Sequence record: OM319461.1
Strand: one strand, 5' to 3'
Length of the DNA stretch: 64,000 bases
Shown: positions 8,953 through 19,298 of the stretch, piece by piece
Numbering within the stretch: position 1 is the stretch's first letter
How the letters are laid out: every line of letters starts with the position of its first letter
The notes under the pieces: model-generated
Databases searched by the model: none
Told to the model about the DNA's origin: nothing
Seen by the model: only the letters and a program-made list of their open reading frames with translations
Program-made: the position numbers and the translations under genes

Positions 8953-9861
8953 TTATTTACGGAATACGAACTCACGTGGAATGCGAGCCAAGCCAGATAC
9001 CGCAATCGAGATAACTCGATCGTCATGGTATTCAAACTCAGTACGCATGATACGACAACCACCGACATCCTTTGTTACATAAGAGATCTCGATGATGTTA
9101 CCGTTCTGTTGGTCTTTACGAACAAGAGTAAAGTCTTCATCTTGAATCTCCATGATGCCAGTATTCGGTTTCCATACTGTTGAACGCTTGCCTTCTTCTA
9201 CAGTCAAAACATCGTTGATGGTTTCATACAGCGTAGCCGTACTCACNGTTGACATGTTCTCACTTTGTTTAACAAGAGTATACGAACCAATGTTTTTCAA
9301 GCGACCGTGACCAAGTCCTGTCTTGCGACAAGGTGCTGTACCATCTGCTGACTTAGCAAATACTTGCTCGTATTGNGTATGGTTCTCTAAGAACTGATGC
9401 TTGCTCGATGTCGTGCAACTATTGTTCTCATAGTCAAACTCGCGTGTCGTTTTAAGTGCTTTGTTCGTAAGCTCCTCTCCAACTAACTGGAAGTTAGACT
9501 TATTATAGAAACGNACAAGGTGAGCGCGTTTCTTGATTGCCTTAGGAACAACATCTGCTAACTCNGTTGCAAACTCNACGTGAACCGTGGCCTCTTCGAT
9601 TTTGAATTGACCATTGCCCGCATCCAGGTATCGCTTGATGATATGCATCGTAGAACCACATTTACTAATGCGCATGAAACCACCTTTGATCTCATGCAGG
9701 TATCCAACNGGATGTGCAGATATCATCATGTTACAGAAGTCCTCGAAAGTACAGTCACGCGTTAGCATGATGTGCTCCATAAGGATAGCGTCTACAAGAG
9801 GAACGCTCATTANCGTAGAGATGTTTTGTGCAGTTTGTGAGTTATGGTATTGTTTAAGCAT
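8953..9861 (-). CDS. hypothetical protein
   Basis: 302-aa ORF, GGAG ribosome-binding site, beta-rich C-terminus. Confidence 0.7.
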   Translation of the reverse strand: MLKQYHNSQTAQNISTXMSVPLVDAILMEHIMLTRDCTFEDFCNMMISAHXVGYLHEIKGGFMRISKCGSTMHIIKRYLDAGNGQFKIEEATVHXEFAXELADVVPKAIKKRAHLXRFYNKSNFQLVGEELTNKALKTTREFDYENNSCTTSSKHQFLENHXQYEQVFAKSADGTAPCRKTGLGHGRLKNIGSYTLVKQSENMSXVSTATLYETINDVLTVEEGKRSTVWKPNTGIMEIQDEDFTLVRKDQQNGNIIEISYVTKDVGGCRIMRTEFEYHDDRVISIAVSGLARIPREFVFRK

Positions 9862-10209
9862 AGGGGTCTCCTTTACGATAGGTCTTATCGTGCTTTTNTG
9901 TAAATAACTATTGAACTGTAAGACGTGTCATTCGAGTAGCCGCTGCTTTGCGGATACGCGCATGTTTACGTCGGTTTAGGTAGTGATGTGANGCTCATTT
10001 CTTCNANCGCACCTGAACGAGTAATACGTCCCCATCTTCCCTTTGCNTTATTCCAGCCNACCATGCCAGGCTCTGAATAAAACAAGGCATCACCAGGAAC
10101 CCAAACAACAACAGGTCCCTTGGCACGCTTGATGCGATTCTCAATCATGGTTTTGCGNCGACGGATGTCGGTAGCACTTGACCAGTCAAGAAAAGCAACT
10201 GGGTCTTTG

Positions 10210-10755
10210 TCAGNTGCATGNGAGNGTTTTAGTCAACCATACAAATGCATGGGCAAACCAATCATCCGTAAACTCGTGCGTCATGATAAACGTAGTGGGT
10301 GCAAAAGCAAAGATAACCTTTTTGCCNCGCATCNCATCTAGACCGATGTCAGTAAAGTAGTCCGCAATTTCTCGNACGGACATATAGCGNACAGTCGAAG
10401 GCGTCTTTACGACTAGCTCATGCACGATGATCTCTGGATGATCTTTAACATANCCATGCCAAGTATGATCAGGCAGTGGACCATCATCNAGAATCTCTGC
10501 TGCTTGACGCATTGTCTCTGCAACTTCGAGTTGCATCTTGACATCTTCTTCCACCGCTTCCATAAGAGAGACTTCTTTCTTCTTATGGTTGTTAAGCANT
10601 GACTCATGAGGAGGAACACCACAGAACTTTTCCAAGTCCTCGATCATTTCTTCCTCTGTTCTTGTCTTGCTGTTAGTCATGCACCAGTAAACAATACCGA
10701 ATGCAAACAACACAGCAACAATCAACTCCCAGTTTTCAGTTAGATGTCTAATCAT
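10210..10755 (-). CDS. membrane-anchored hypothetical protein
   Basis: N-terminal WELIVAVLFAFGIVYWC; may continue into ORF 9966-10148 across N positions. Confidence 0.6.
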   Translation of the reverse strand: MIRHLTENWELIVAVLFAFGIVYWCMTNSKTRTEEEMIEDLEKFCGVPPHESXLNNHKKKEVSLMEAVEEDVKMQLEVAETMRQAAEIXDDGPLPDHTWHXYVKDHPEIIVHELVVKTPSTXRYMSXREIADYFTDIGLDXMXGKKVIFAFAPTTFIMTHEFTDDWFAHAFVWLTKXLXCX

Positions 10756-11008
10756 TTTCTGTACTCCGGAAAATCACGACAGTCGACCATCGGGGTATTA
10801 CGATGGCCGTTGATGTAACAGTTACCTGTTTCTAGGTTACGGATGATCTCAACTGTTTTGTCCACCTTTACGGANGAGTAGATNTCCCANCGNTCCANNA
10901 AGAANTCTTCNCGANCATCNNNGNNNTCGANNCNTTTTNCCTANNAACANNGTCCCAAGTGANATAAGNNCAATGANAATAATGATNCCAGGNAGGTTTT
11001 TCANGATT

Positions 11009-11686
11009 TCAGATCTTNNCATNTTNANTCTCCATTCTTTCTAATTTGCGATCTAGTTTGNTANCCAAGTCAATCATGTCTTGTGCCGCGATTCGGTTAG
11101 AGAATTTATGAACTGGCTTGTTTTTAACAGTATCCATCTTAATGACCGATGCATANTCTTTGGCNGTNATGATATCAGTGATCAGACCTTCTTTGTGCCC
11201 AGAGACAGTAAGATCAAACTGATGGGCTAGCACGGTGGCTTCGTTCTTTTGTTTGTGNCCTTTCGTAANNTGGTCCATTTCTTCCATGATGAGTTCTGTN
11301 CTGTTCANCGGATGAACATGAACACAAAACCAAATCCCGTTACTGATAAAGAAGACGCGACACANGCCTTCTGGNGTGCGNCCACANAAACTNCTTGCCC
11401 ANTCATCNATNACGCCNTGAATCATAAAGCGACTAAACTCATTNGCNAAGTCATGATTGACNAGTACAAGATCTTCTCCATCTGTTTCTTGTCTAGCCAT
11501 GCGATGCAATGACATGATATCCGGATGAATCTCATTNNGNTGTACNNNAGCAAAATTGCAGCGCTTTGGATCATCNGATGGAAAGACAACTTTCTTTTTC
11601 TTTGGCTTAAAGTAAGACCANAGCTGTTTCATTGCATAAACAATACAAACCAAGGCAATTGCCCCAAACGTGATTTTCTCGTACAT
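11009..11686 (-). CDS. membrane-anchored hypothetical protein
   Basis: N-terminal ITFGAIALVCIVYAM followed by the basic stretch KPKKKK. Confidence 0.65.
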   Translation of the reverse strand: MYEKITFGAIALVCIVYAMKQXWSYFKPKKKKVVFPXDDPKRCNFAXVXXNEIHPDIMSLHRMARQETDGEDLVXVNHDXXNEFSRFMIXGXXDXWAXSXCXRXPEGXCRVFFISNGIWFCVHVHPXNXTELIMEEMDXXTKXHKQKNEATVLAHQFDLTVSGHKEGLITDIXXAKXYASVIKMDTVKNKPVHKFSNRIAAQDMIDLXXKLDRKLERMEXXXXKI

Positions 11687-11699
11687 GGTGATTTCTCTG

Positions 11700-12173
11700 T
11701 TAGTGAATTTCTTTTACTTCGATGCGCTTCTGGAACCAGTATGGGCGGTTGAAGTAATGTTTNCTTANGGTACATGGCATTGTATCGACATGCAAATTAN
11801 GCTTGNCNNTACCANGAGGNATGTTTTCCGCATTAAGGATACAATCNTCNCANTGNTTGTTCATTCCGCCNTGTGANCCNACACAGGCCGCNCTNANGGT
11901 ACTCTCTGGATTAACGAACGATGTTTCAATTGCAAATCGTTTTGACTTGACGGTAATTAAAACATAATTGTCGTCCGTGATCACCAATGTGCGCCCATAG
12001 AGGTTAATGCGTTCTACGCCGTCTTCGGTTTGAATGCGAACCCAACGCTCCTGCCATTTACCAGGCATGCGTTCTTCTAACATGATGTTTTCGGAGGTTA
12101 CGAAAATGACGTCCTCTAACTTGGACGCCATAAATTCGATATCTCCTACAATCGGTTGTAGGATTTTAGCCAT
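11700..12173 (-). CDS. hypothetical protein
   Basis: 157-aa ORF; the C-terminal third is N-affected. Confidence 0.6.
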   Translation of the reverse strand: MAKILQPIVGDIEFMASKLEDVIFVTSENIMLEERMPGKWQERWVRIQTEDGVERINLYGRTLVITDDNYVLITVKSKRFAIETSFVNPESTXXAACXXSXGGMNXXXXDCILNAENXPXGXXKXNLHVDTMPCTXXKHYFNRPYWFQKRIEVKEIH

Positions 12174-13054
12174 TGATCTCTAGCTCCATTACTTGTCCGT
12201 NTTTAACCCACTTGTCGCCGACGTACTCGGTAGCACCNTANTGNTCGAGTANCTCNTCAGGNATNNNCACNTTAATCTTTTCNCCAGTNACGAGNTGGAT
12301 CTTNGTNGCNTNTAGNTTACGCATAGGNAACTCATCGATGTCNTCGAGTTNCTTTTCNTNTGCNTTNAGGAANTCACGATCCATGTCATCACAGTCCNTA
12401 AGGATNTTCCANGGAATACCACCNCTNCCATCNAAGAGATGGAAAANACGATCTTCTANNNTCGCNGTCANCAGNCANTGNGTNNTTGTANGATANGACT
12501 NNCCCTTGAANAGNACGTCAGCNTCTANGCCAAGTACATACTCTGCATCNTCNTTAAAGTTAAACCCNACACGNATTGGCTTTACTGCNTTNCGTACNGC
12601 NTTATGCANTTCAGCTACACGACGATAGATTTCNTCNTTGCCTTCGATTATNGCNGCATAGTGACCAAGGANGTNGGAANAAGAAGCCCATGGTAGATNN
12701 TCCATGACGTCNNNTTCTTCNGTACCNCCACCCCANAACTCAACGGCCATCTTTTCAGGATGCTCNACACTNTCGTCACCNAANCCTTTNGTNATNCCNC
12801 ANTCCCAGTCGTTCTTNGTGTTAACTGGACCNATCAANAGAAAGCCATGTTCNCTNACTGCCANTGTCGGTTTGAATNGGATTNTCNTCGGTAAAACGAA
12901 AACGTTCTGGAATCCACGGGATGTTTTGGATAATGACACATTCGAGCTCGACAGATGAGTCGGTGATTGCCACTGGAACAAAGCCATTGATGGCTACGAT
13001 GTTTTCGAGTTGCTGTTTACCTGCGTTCAGGTAGTTCAGTGTTGCTTTAGACAT
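12166..13054 (-). CDS. hypothetical protein, probably one gene with an N-patch frameshift near 12880
   Basis: ORF 12821-13054 has a strong GGAG site (MSKATLNYL...); the frame of ORF 12166-12987 looks protein-like only after the N patch. Confidence 0.5.
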
Positions 13055-13068
13055 AATGTTTTACTCCG

Positions 13069-14178
13069 TTAAAGTTTGATGTGTGAAAGATCAGATGGCA
13101 GCAGTTCGCCACGGATGATACGGCAATGGGTCCAATCGCTAATGGAAACACCACCAGTCGAGATAAACGCATCGGCAGGGATATTGCTGACACAGCTCTG
13201 TCCAACGATGACCCGACGATCAGGAGCAGTCTTTTTGATGAGTTCAATAAATGCCTCTGTGATTACTCGCATTTCCGTTGGATGCATGATGACGACGTCA
13301 GGTTTGTCAGATTCCAAAACCTCCCAAATGTTCTTTGGGTTGATCAATGGGTTAAGCCCAGTCATTGCGACCGGTACGCCACTGAACACAATCGTTTTGA
13401 TTTCAGGGTTATCATAGATCTCGCTATAGTCACTATGGTGGTCAACTTTGACCACCGATCGATAAGACGCGATGAGCTTAGGCATGACAGAAGTCAATGG
13501 GGCCAATAACCATGTTTTGTTTTTCGGTGCGCCTAGAACGACATCAATGTGCTCCAATGCTACACGTAATTGGTCAGCGGGCTGGCGATAGATCTCATCC
13601 ACGTCTGGTGATGTCAGTAAAGAACCCTGTCCATTGTTTTCAATAAACTTCAATGGGTTTGTAGAGATTTCCTTAGCTTGGCGATAGGTACGATTGCCAC
13701 ACGGTAAATCACCAAAGATCTCTACTGGCCATTCTGAATCTTTTGCATCTGAAGCCAGAATTTTACACGCTTGCGGATAAGCATAGATAGTCGCACGAAT
13801 GCGTGGATCCAAAGAGTCATGTTCTTTTGGTAGATACATACGAAACTCTTTCACGATACACATCGTTTTAAGTAGTAGATCTAAACCACGTGCATAAGTA
13901 TCGTAACTAAGATTAACTTCATCTGAATCCCAGCGCTCTTCGTCGACGTCAATTGAGATTGTTCTATTAGGACGTGCTTTTACAATCCCACGCTGAAACT
14001 CAGTGATGATGTAATAGTGCTTTGCCAAATCGATCAATACCGAACCAATGCGATCATTTTCTTTTATGCGAAACGCACGAGGATAGTTAGCGCCAAGTTC
14101 TAACGCCTTTTGTGGCTTCATCAGTACTGGCAAGAACTTACGAATAAATGAGTCATAACTAAAGGTAGATAGTTGCAT
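13069..14178 (-). CDS. hypothetical protein
   Basis: 369-aa clean ORF with a GGAG site; the C-terminal half is alpha/beta. Confidence 0.8.
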   Translation of the reverse strand: MQLSTFSYDSFIRKFLPVLMKPQKALELGANYPRAFRIKENDRIGSVLIDLAKHYYIITEFQRGIVKARPNRTISIDVDEERWDSDEVNLSYDTYARGLDLLLKTMCIVKEFRMYLPKEHDSLDPRIRATIYAYPQACKILASDAKDSEWPVEIFGDLPCGNRTYRQAKEISTNPLKFIENNGQGSLLTSPDVDEIYRQPADQLRVALEHIDVVLGAPKNKTWLLAPLTSVMPKLIASYRSVVKVDHHSDYSEIYDNPEIKTIVFSGVPVAMTGLNPLINPKNIWEVLESDKPDVVIMHPTEMRVITEAFIELIKKTAPDRRVIVGQSCVSNIPADAFISTGGVSISDWTHCRIIRGELLPSDLSHIKL

Positions 14179-14191
14179 GATTAATACTCCG

Positions 14192-14611
14192 TTAAGATAA
14201 CATTTCTTTTGCTTCAGATAAGGTAATACCTAAATCTTCTGCTAACTGCTTTGCTTCGCACAAGACTTCGGTTTTTCTACGTGCTTCAGTACAGGCAGTT
14301 AAGTCTTCGTTTTCAGTACGATACTTTTTCATCCTACTGCGCATCTTTCGTTCTTTGCAACACGCCACACATTGTTTACCCAAGGCATAGCGTAAAGACA
14401 AAGGAAGTTTTGTATTGTCATCTATAACAACAAAAGGATGATGCTTGCAAAGCTTTTCTGTAAGATAGTACGTAACATCTTTTTCTAAAGCTTCTTCACG
14501 AGACTCTGCGGCTGGCCACATAAAGGTATTAGTTTTACGTGTTGCTTTGTCTGTAGTGGCACGATTGATTAATTCCGCGCTGCGCCACAGCATACGTACA
14601 TATCGAATCAT
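14192..14611 (-). CDS. hypothetical protein with a Cys/His metal-binding motif
   Basis: REEALEKDVTYYLTEKLCKHH...CVACC matches a Y.T..PCK.GH...C..C motif recalled from phage proteins. Confidence 0.6.
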   Translation of the reverse strand: MIRYVRMLWRSAELINRATTDKATRKTNTFMWPAAESREEALEKDVTYYLTEKLCKHHPFVVIDDNTKLPLSLRYALGKQCVACCKERKMRSRMKKYRTENEDLTACTEARRKTEVLCEAKQLAEDLGITLSEAKEMLS

Positions 14612-14645
14612 AGTCGTTTCCTTGATTTAAGTTTGTGATCACATG

Positions 14646-14675
14646 GGTAATATAGAAAAGAAAAAAGCTTGAAAG
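14646..14675 (-). promoter_or_regulatory. phage early promoter (TTTCAA-N14-TATATTAC)
   Basis: ggtaatatagaaaagaaaaaagcttgaaag; exact TATATTAC core and the conserved upstream hexamer. Confidence 0.7.
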
Positions 14676-14676
14676 A

Positions 14677-14701
14677 ACCCTGCCTCCCGAAGGAGACAGG
14701 T
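14677..14701 (-). terminator. intrinsic terminator, UUCG loop
   Basis: cctgcctcc-cgaa-ggagacagg directly after the stop of 14708-15262. Confidence 0.75.
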
Positions 14702-14707
14702 ATTTTC

Positions 14708-15262
14708 TTAACGCTTGTTCAGTGCGTAGAATGCAGCAGCAGACTCGCCAAATAACTCAGCAATGTCATGTGCAACAAAATCAACAGGAACAAGATCACT
14801 AGCCGTCTTGTCATCCATCGCTTCAAACGACAAAGAAGATGATTCAACAAGTAGCTCAGTAAACAATAACTTACGACGCAATCTGTTGCGATTACGCAAG
14901 TAGGTTACTGCTAGTGGAATGCCATCTTCTCGACGGTATTTAGAGATGATTGAAATAAAGCGATCAACCGAGAAATCAAATTCGCCAAATGGCATCTCTG
15001 AAGTAGGGATATCGATCGATACACGCCATGCTCCTTCGAACTTGCGAACGTCGATGTTTTCCATATCGCCTACAAGTTTTTCTAGTGTTGAAAGACAAGT
15101 CGTTTCATAGCCATTAGCGACAAGATAAGCTGGACCAATTGCTTCCTTGATTTCAGGTTTGCCTTTTTCTGACAGCGCATAAAACAATGCTGTGATTTCT
15201 TTAGGAAGGTCAGTTGATTTATAAAAGCCACGAAACGCGGCAGTCTTTAAGTGTGTTTCCAT
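14708..15262 (-). CDS. hypothetical protein
   Basis: 184-aa ORF. Confidence 0.75.
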   Translation of the reverse strand: METHLKTAAFRGFYKSTDLPKEITALFYALSEKGKPEIKEAIGPAYLVANGYETTCLSTLEKLVGDMENIDVRKFEGAWRVSIDIPTSEMPFGEFDFSVDRFISIISKYRREDGIPLAVTYLRNRNRLRRKLLFTELLVESSSLSFEAMDDKTASDLVPVDFVAHDIAELFGESAAAFYALNKR

Positions 15263-16399
15263 TAGAAATTCTCTAGTGATTCGTTAAANTTNTNTGCTCC
15301 CTTAAANAGNTCNGNNGANATANNNGTAAGACTCTTGCANCGAGCATTNANCTTGTTNGCAAGNAANCCATNGTCCATNGACCAAAAGTAGTTTACTTGN
15401 GTAGGNCGATACTCTGAACGNNCNTGNTGTAANACNACNGTCTTNCCAGTTGCCTCNTGGATCTCTTTAGCAAACGCCATNGCTTTNCCAGCTAGNGCCG
15501 NAGGGAGAATNATGATAAAGTAATCTGCGTCAGATNCNATAGCCGCNNATACGTTATCNGGGTTGATTAAGTAACGTTGNTTTTCAACGATCGGGTAATG
15601 GTAGAAAGCACTGATCAATGCATTCTNAGGAAAACCTTCTTCCTTNAGAGTACANGGCTTNCANTNAGGCATCGGTAGTACNCGACGNTGTTCNTTAAAG
15701 TAGNCAGTNTANNCTANCANNGGGAACATNGANAGATGCAGNNNNTCATCGATCTCTTTGATGNNTTCCAAAGCNGANCGATANCGCTCTTTGCCAATGA
15801 TNGCNTCNATAAAGAAACGAGGCATNTTAGNNAGCTTCGTTTTACCTTTAATGATCTGTATCGGATCATTGATCAATTCCAGGGTTTCCGCTACAGTAGA
15901 GCCACCGGTNACACGNAGNCTNCNATANTCAGGNTCACTGAANNGNCCAACNGANTCAAAGTTACNNACACAGAAGAAGTCNAGGTTATCTANTAACAAC
16001 TTGTCTTTCTCTGCGTTTGGNGGAACACGATCAATCAGTGCGTANNTGTCACCNTTCTTGTAACACATGCGNGCAGCCGCTACTGCNAACTCACGNGANT
16101 GCCATAAANCATCATGNGAGATAGAAGCAGTCAGATAGCCTTCCATGTCTACNTTNGTTACAAAGTTTTCTTCNNCNTTCTCNTGNTGNCTNACNANGTC
16201 ANTGAAAGATGTCCTTGGCCATGTTTTCATANGAGAACGCNGAGCGAAGGATTTTNACNGCTGGGTGNCGATACTCATCCATTTTGAAATTAGGGTCAGT
16301 TAGTTTACCCAGTTCAAATAGGTCGTTAGGGTGAGCAAAGTTGCCGCAAAAGTCAACAAGGAATGGGAGGTGGTCGTTAAGGTTAAATGACGCGGTCAT
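15262..16399 (-). CDS. hypothetical protein, N-rich, probably one gene
   Basis: Start MTASFNL at 16399; the frame switches near 16270, at the edge of an N patch, into ORF 15262-16278. Confidence 0.5.
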
Positions 16400-16401
16400 G
16401 A

Positions 16402-16887
16402 TTAGTCTCTCTTTGTGGTCGTTACGTTTAAGCAGCCAAAGTACGCATGGGCAAGTAGCTTTAGTTTCTCGGTCTTGTTGCTTAGACAAATATTATCTTT
16501 GAATAACTTTGCCAATGTATCAGGAGTTAACAGCCCACCTAAGTCATCTGGTTTAATGATTCGCGGCGTAGGTTCGTATGGATCGCATGCGCCCATTGTC
16601 ATGTCAAACAGCTCTTTGTTTTTGAGATACTCTAAGTGGTCCTTGGCCAGATCAAGGTCAATATTGCATTCTTCAAAACAAATGTCTACACGGATCGTTT
16701 GGTCAATTACTCTGATATTACGTCCACCAACTACCACACCTATTGGTACGAGTTCTTCAATACAGAATTGTCGTGTTAGTGGCAAACGCCAGATTAATGT
16801 CGTTCTACCTAACTCCGGACATACATTTGCTGCCATGCCTATCTCAAAGATCTGTTGAGCAAATTCCTCAGGTGTTACTGCTTTCAT
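16402..16887 (-). CDS. hypothetical protein
   Basis: 161-aa ORF. Confidence 0.7.
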   Translation of the reverse strand: MKAVTPEEFAQQIFEIGMAANVCPELGRTTLIWRLPLTRQFCIEELVPIGVVVGGRNIRVIDQTIRVDICFEECNIDLDLAKDHLEYLKNKELFDMTMGACDPYEPTPRIIKPDDLGGLLTPDTLAKLFKDNICLSNKTEKLKLLAHAYFGCLNVTTTKRD

Positions 16888-16889
16888 GA

Positions 16890-17621
16890 TTACTTACTCC
16901 AGTTAGCTTCTGTTTTGCGTTTGTACGCACGAATGAGACCAGTGTAACCATCTCTGTGGTTCAGGTGGCCGATTGTTTCACCTACTCGTCCTTCGTAGAT
17001 CTTAGGTGTGATAAAAGTATCCGCATCAGGGATAACTGTATCCCACGCAGTGATCCAGATAAGGTTAGCTTCCGGTTCAAACATTTCATAAATAGAAGCA
17101 CCACCAATAACGACAACACGACGATTGCATTTCTCCGCAATCTCTAATGCAGCGCATTTGCCTTTAACAAAGAAAGCAGGGCCATTACTGCGCCCACGTA
17201 CACGCTGTGGTTCACTCGTAAGTACAATACATGTACGTCCAGGTAAAGGTTTCGAACCAATAGACTCCCAAGTCTTACGGCCCATAATTAAAGTACAGCC
17301 TTCAGTACGTGCTTTAAAGAAGTCCATGTCTTCTTTGTTACGGATGATTAAATCACCGTCTTTACCTAGCGCGCCTTTTTGATCGATGGCTGCGATCATT
17401 TGGATTTCTTGAGTCATTTCAATTGTCTCTTCTGGTATGTCGTAGTCAACAGGGAATTCAATTGCATTACCATTGTCGTCGTACGCAACTTCATAAGGAA
17501 CAACTGATGCAGTGCTTGGACCATTGGCCTTCTTGCAGACACCACCGAGGGATGTTTCGGTAGCGCGTGCATAACTGCGTTCGTTAGCTTGTTCTAAAAT
17601 TGCGTCAAATTGCTTTTCCAT
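16890..17621 (-). CDS. folA: dihydrofolate reductase with an acidic N-terminal extension of about 70 aa
   Basis: MIAAID..GALG, EDMDFFK..T, IMGRKTWESIG.KPLPGR..IVLTS, VIGGASIY and DADTF motifs. Confidence 0.93.
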   Translation of the reverse strand: MEKQFDAILEQANERSYARATETSLGGVCKKANGPSTASVVPYEVAYDDNGNAIEFPVDYDIPEETIEMTQEIQMIAAIDQKGALGKDGDLIIRNKEDMDFFKARTEGCTLIMGRKTWESIGSKPLPGRTCIVLTSEPQRVRGRSNGPAFFVKGKCAALEIAEKCNRRVVVIGGASIYEMFEPEANLIWITAWDTVIPDADTFITPKIYEGRVGETIGHLNHRDGYTGLIRAYKRKTEANWSK

Positions 17622-17680
17622 TCTGATTACCTCGTTGGATTAGACCATCAGATTTAGATGGTCTGTTTTAGTGGATGGGC

Positions 17681-18244
17681 TTATGCTAGTTTCCAATATT
17701 TGGCAAGATACTCGTCTGTAATGGAGAACATACATGTTGGCGACTTGTGTTCTTTTGTACAACGATAATATAAACTATTGATGTATAAAAGGTCATCTTG
17801 CTGGTAGTCATACCCAGGAGCGAAATACGGTATTTGTTTAACTCCAAATGACAGTGGGTCTGCACCAAAAGGACCCTCGTCCTCCTTAGGCAGCAGACTG
17901 ATATGATTTGCAAATCGCTTGTCGTGGATGACGATTATATCATCTGGTCTTACATACCGCGTCATGCTCTCCCTTACATGCTCTGGTACATCTGTACCCA
18001 CATAAAGTTTAAAGACGGGAGCCTCGGCCTTTGGTGTTTCAAACTCATATGAAAACTTGTACTTCTTAAAACTAGAGATGATTTGTTTTTCGCCCGTATC
18101 CAAGACCAAGAGAACATTGTTTCGATCAACAAGCTCTACTGCTTTTATTCCATGCCAGAGTCCATCAATCTCAACATAGCAACCACGAACTGATTCTGTT
18201 GATGCGATGATGTCGTGTGCGTTTCTTTCAAAGTGCTTTTTCAT
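17681..18244 (-). CDS. hypothetical protein with a C-terminal CBM5/12-like module
   Basis: C-terminal PYFAPGYDYQQDDLLYINSLYYRCTKEH...YW. Confidence 0.55.
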   Translation of the reverse strand: MKKHFERNAHDIIASTESVRGCYVEIDGLWHGIKAVELVDRNNVLLVLDTGEKQIISSFKKYKFSYEFETPKAEAPVFKLYVGTDVPEHVRESMTRYVRPDDIIVIHDKRFANHISLLPKEDEGPFGADPLSFGVKQIPYFAPGYDYQQDDLLYINSLYYRCTKEHKSPTCMFSITDEYLAKYWKLA

Positions 18245-18263
18245 AATGATTACCTCTTAAATA

Positions 18264-19235
18264 TTATTTTGTGCCAATGATTCTTTCGTACAGAAAACGA
18301 TGAACTTTGCCTGCTGCTACGGACTTTGCCTTAGCCTCTACCATGATGTCAAACTTATATGCAAACTCCCAGTATTGCTCTAAGTCTTCTGTAGAGATAA
18401 AGTCAGCATGCTTACAAAGCTCTTTAAAGTTCTCTGTGCCACGCGGAGAGCTAATGTGCATCTTAGGTCTACCTTTATCCTTCCACGTCTCTAAGACAGC
18501 ATAGAACTCGTCTGAGTTTAACCCGATGTGTGCTTTCTTCTCACAGCGATAATGATGAACGTCCAAGATCATGCGAATGCCGTTGTCTTGACAGATCTTT
18601 AATGTCTTGTCAAACCCAGCCGCCTTTTCGTCATTCTCCAATGCAATCCACGGAATCAAATGTTTTGCTCGGTCAGGAAACTTAAACGATTGTCCGTTTG
18701 TATGTATGCAGATGGTCACGTCATGTTCAGATGGATTGTAACCAAGCAGATTAAAGATATTGATCCATTTGGTTATATGACGTATCGCAGAATCGACTAC
18801 GTGGTCTTTGTCACTAAACAGTGTGATGTACTGACTCGGATGAACTGACAGACGTACGTTGTGTACTTTAAATAGATCACCTATCTTAGCAAGCCTTTTC
18901 GTCAGTAGTTCGTCAATAGGACCGGTATCATAAAGATGCATGTAGTCCGGATGATCTATTAGAGGAAATAGTTCTGAACTAAGACGAAGCATACAAGCCG
19001 TTTCAGGATAGAGACTGATAGTCGTACACTGTGCCTCTAGTGCATCTAAGTTTTCTACTAGCTTGTAATAAAGCTTGTCGTACTGTGCTTCTTCTGGCAA
19101 GTCTTTGATGTACTTGACTTTGATTGTACCGACTTTTGTATCAGCGCATTGAACCCAGGTCGTACCGAGTCCGTCTTTTGTATCTCGCCATTCTGTAAAC
19201 TGACAGGCGATACCGACTTTAAATGGCGTACCCAT
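18264..19235 (-). CDS. uvsE: UV damage endonuclease (UvsE/UVDE family)
   Basis: RLSSELFP, RLSVHPSQY, ALENDEK, LDVHHY, PKMHISSP, HADFI and DIMVEAKAK motifs. Confidence 0.93.
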   Translation of the reverse strand: MGTPFKVGIACQFTEWRDTKDGLGTTWVQCADTKVGTIKVKYIKDLPEEAQYDKLYYKLVENLDALEAQCTTISLYPETACMLRLSSELFPLIDHPDYMHLYDTGPIDELLTKRLAKIGDLFKVHNVRLSVHPSQYITLFSDKDHVVDSAIRHITKWINIFNLLGYNPSEHDVTICIHTNGQSFKFPDRAKHLIPWIALENDEKAAGFDKTLKICQDNGIRMILDVHHYRCEKKAHIGLNSDEFYAVLETWKDKGRPKMHISSPRGTENFKELCKHADFISTEDLEQYWEFAYKFDIMVEAKAKSVAAGKVHRFLYERIIGTK

Positions 19236-19265
19236 AAAACCTCACAAAAATAAAATTGATTTAGA

Positions 19266-19295
19266 AAGAGAGTCGACCCGAAGGCCGACTTCTTT
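19266..19295 (-). terminator. intrinsic terminator, UUCG loop
   Basis: agtcg-a-cc-cgaa-gg-c-cgact flanked by A/T tracts. Confidence 0.7.
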
Positions 19296-19298
19296 TAA

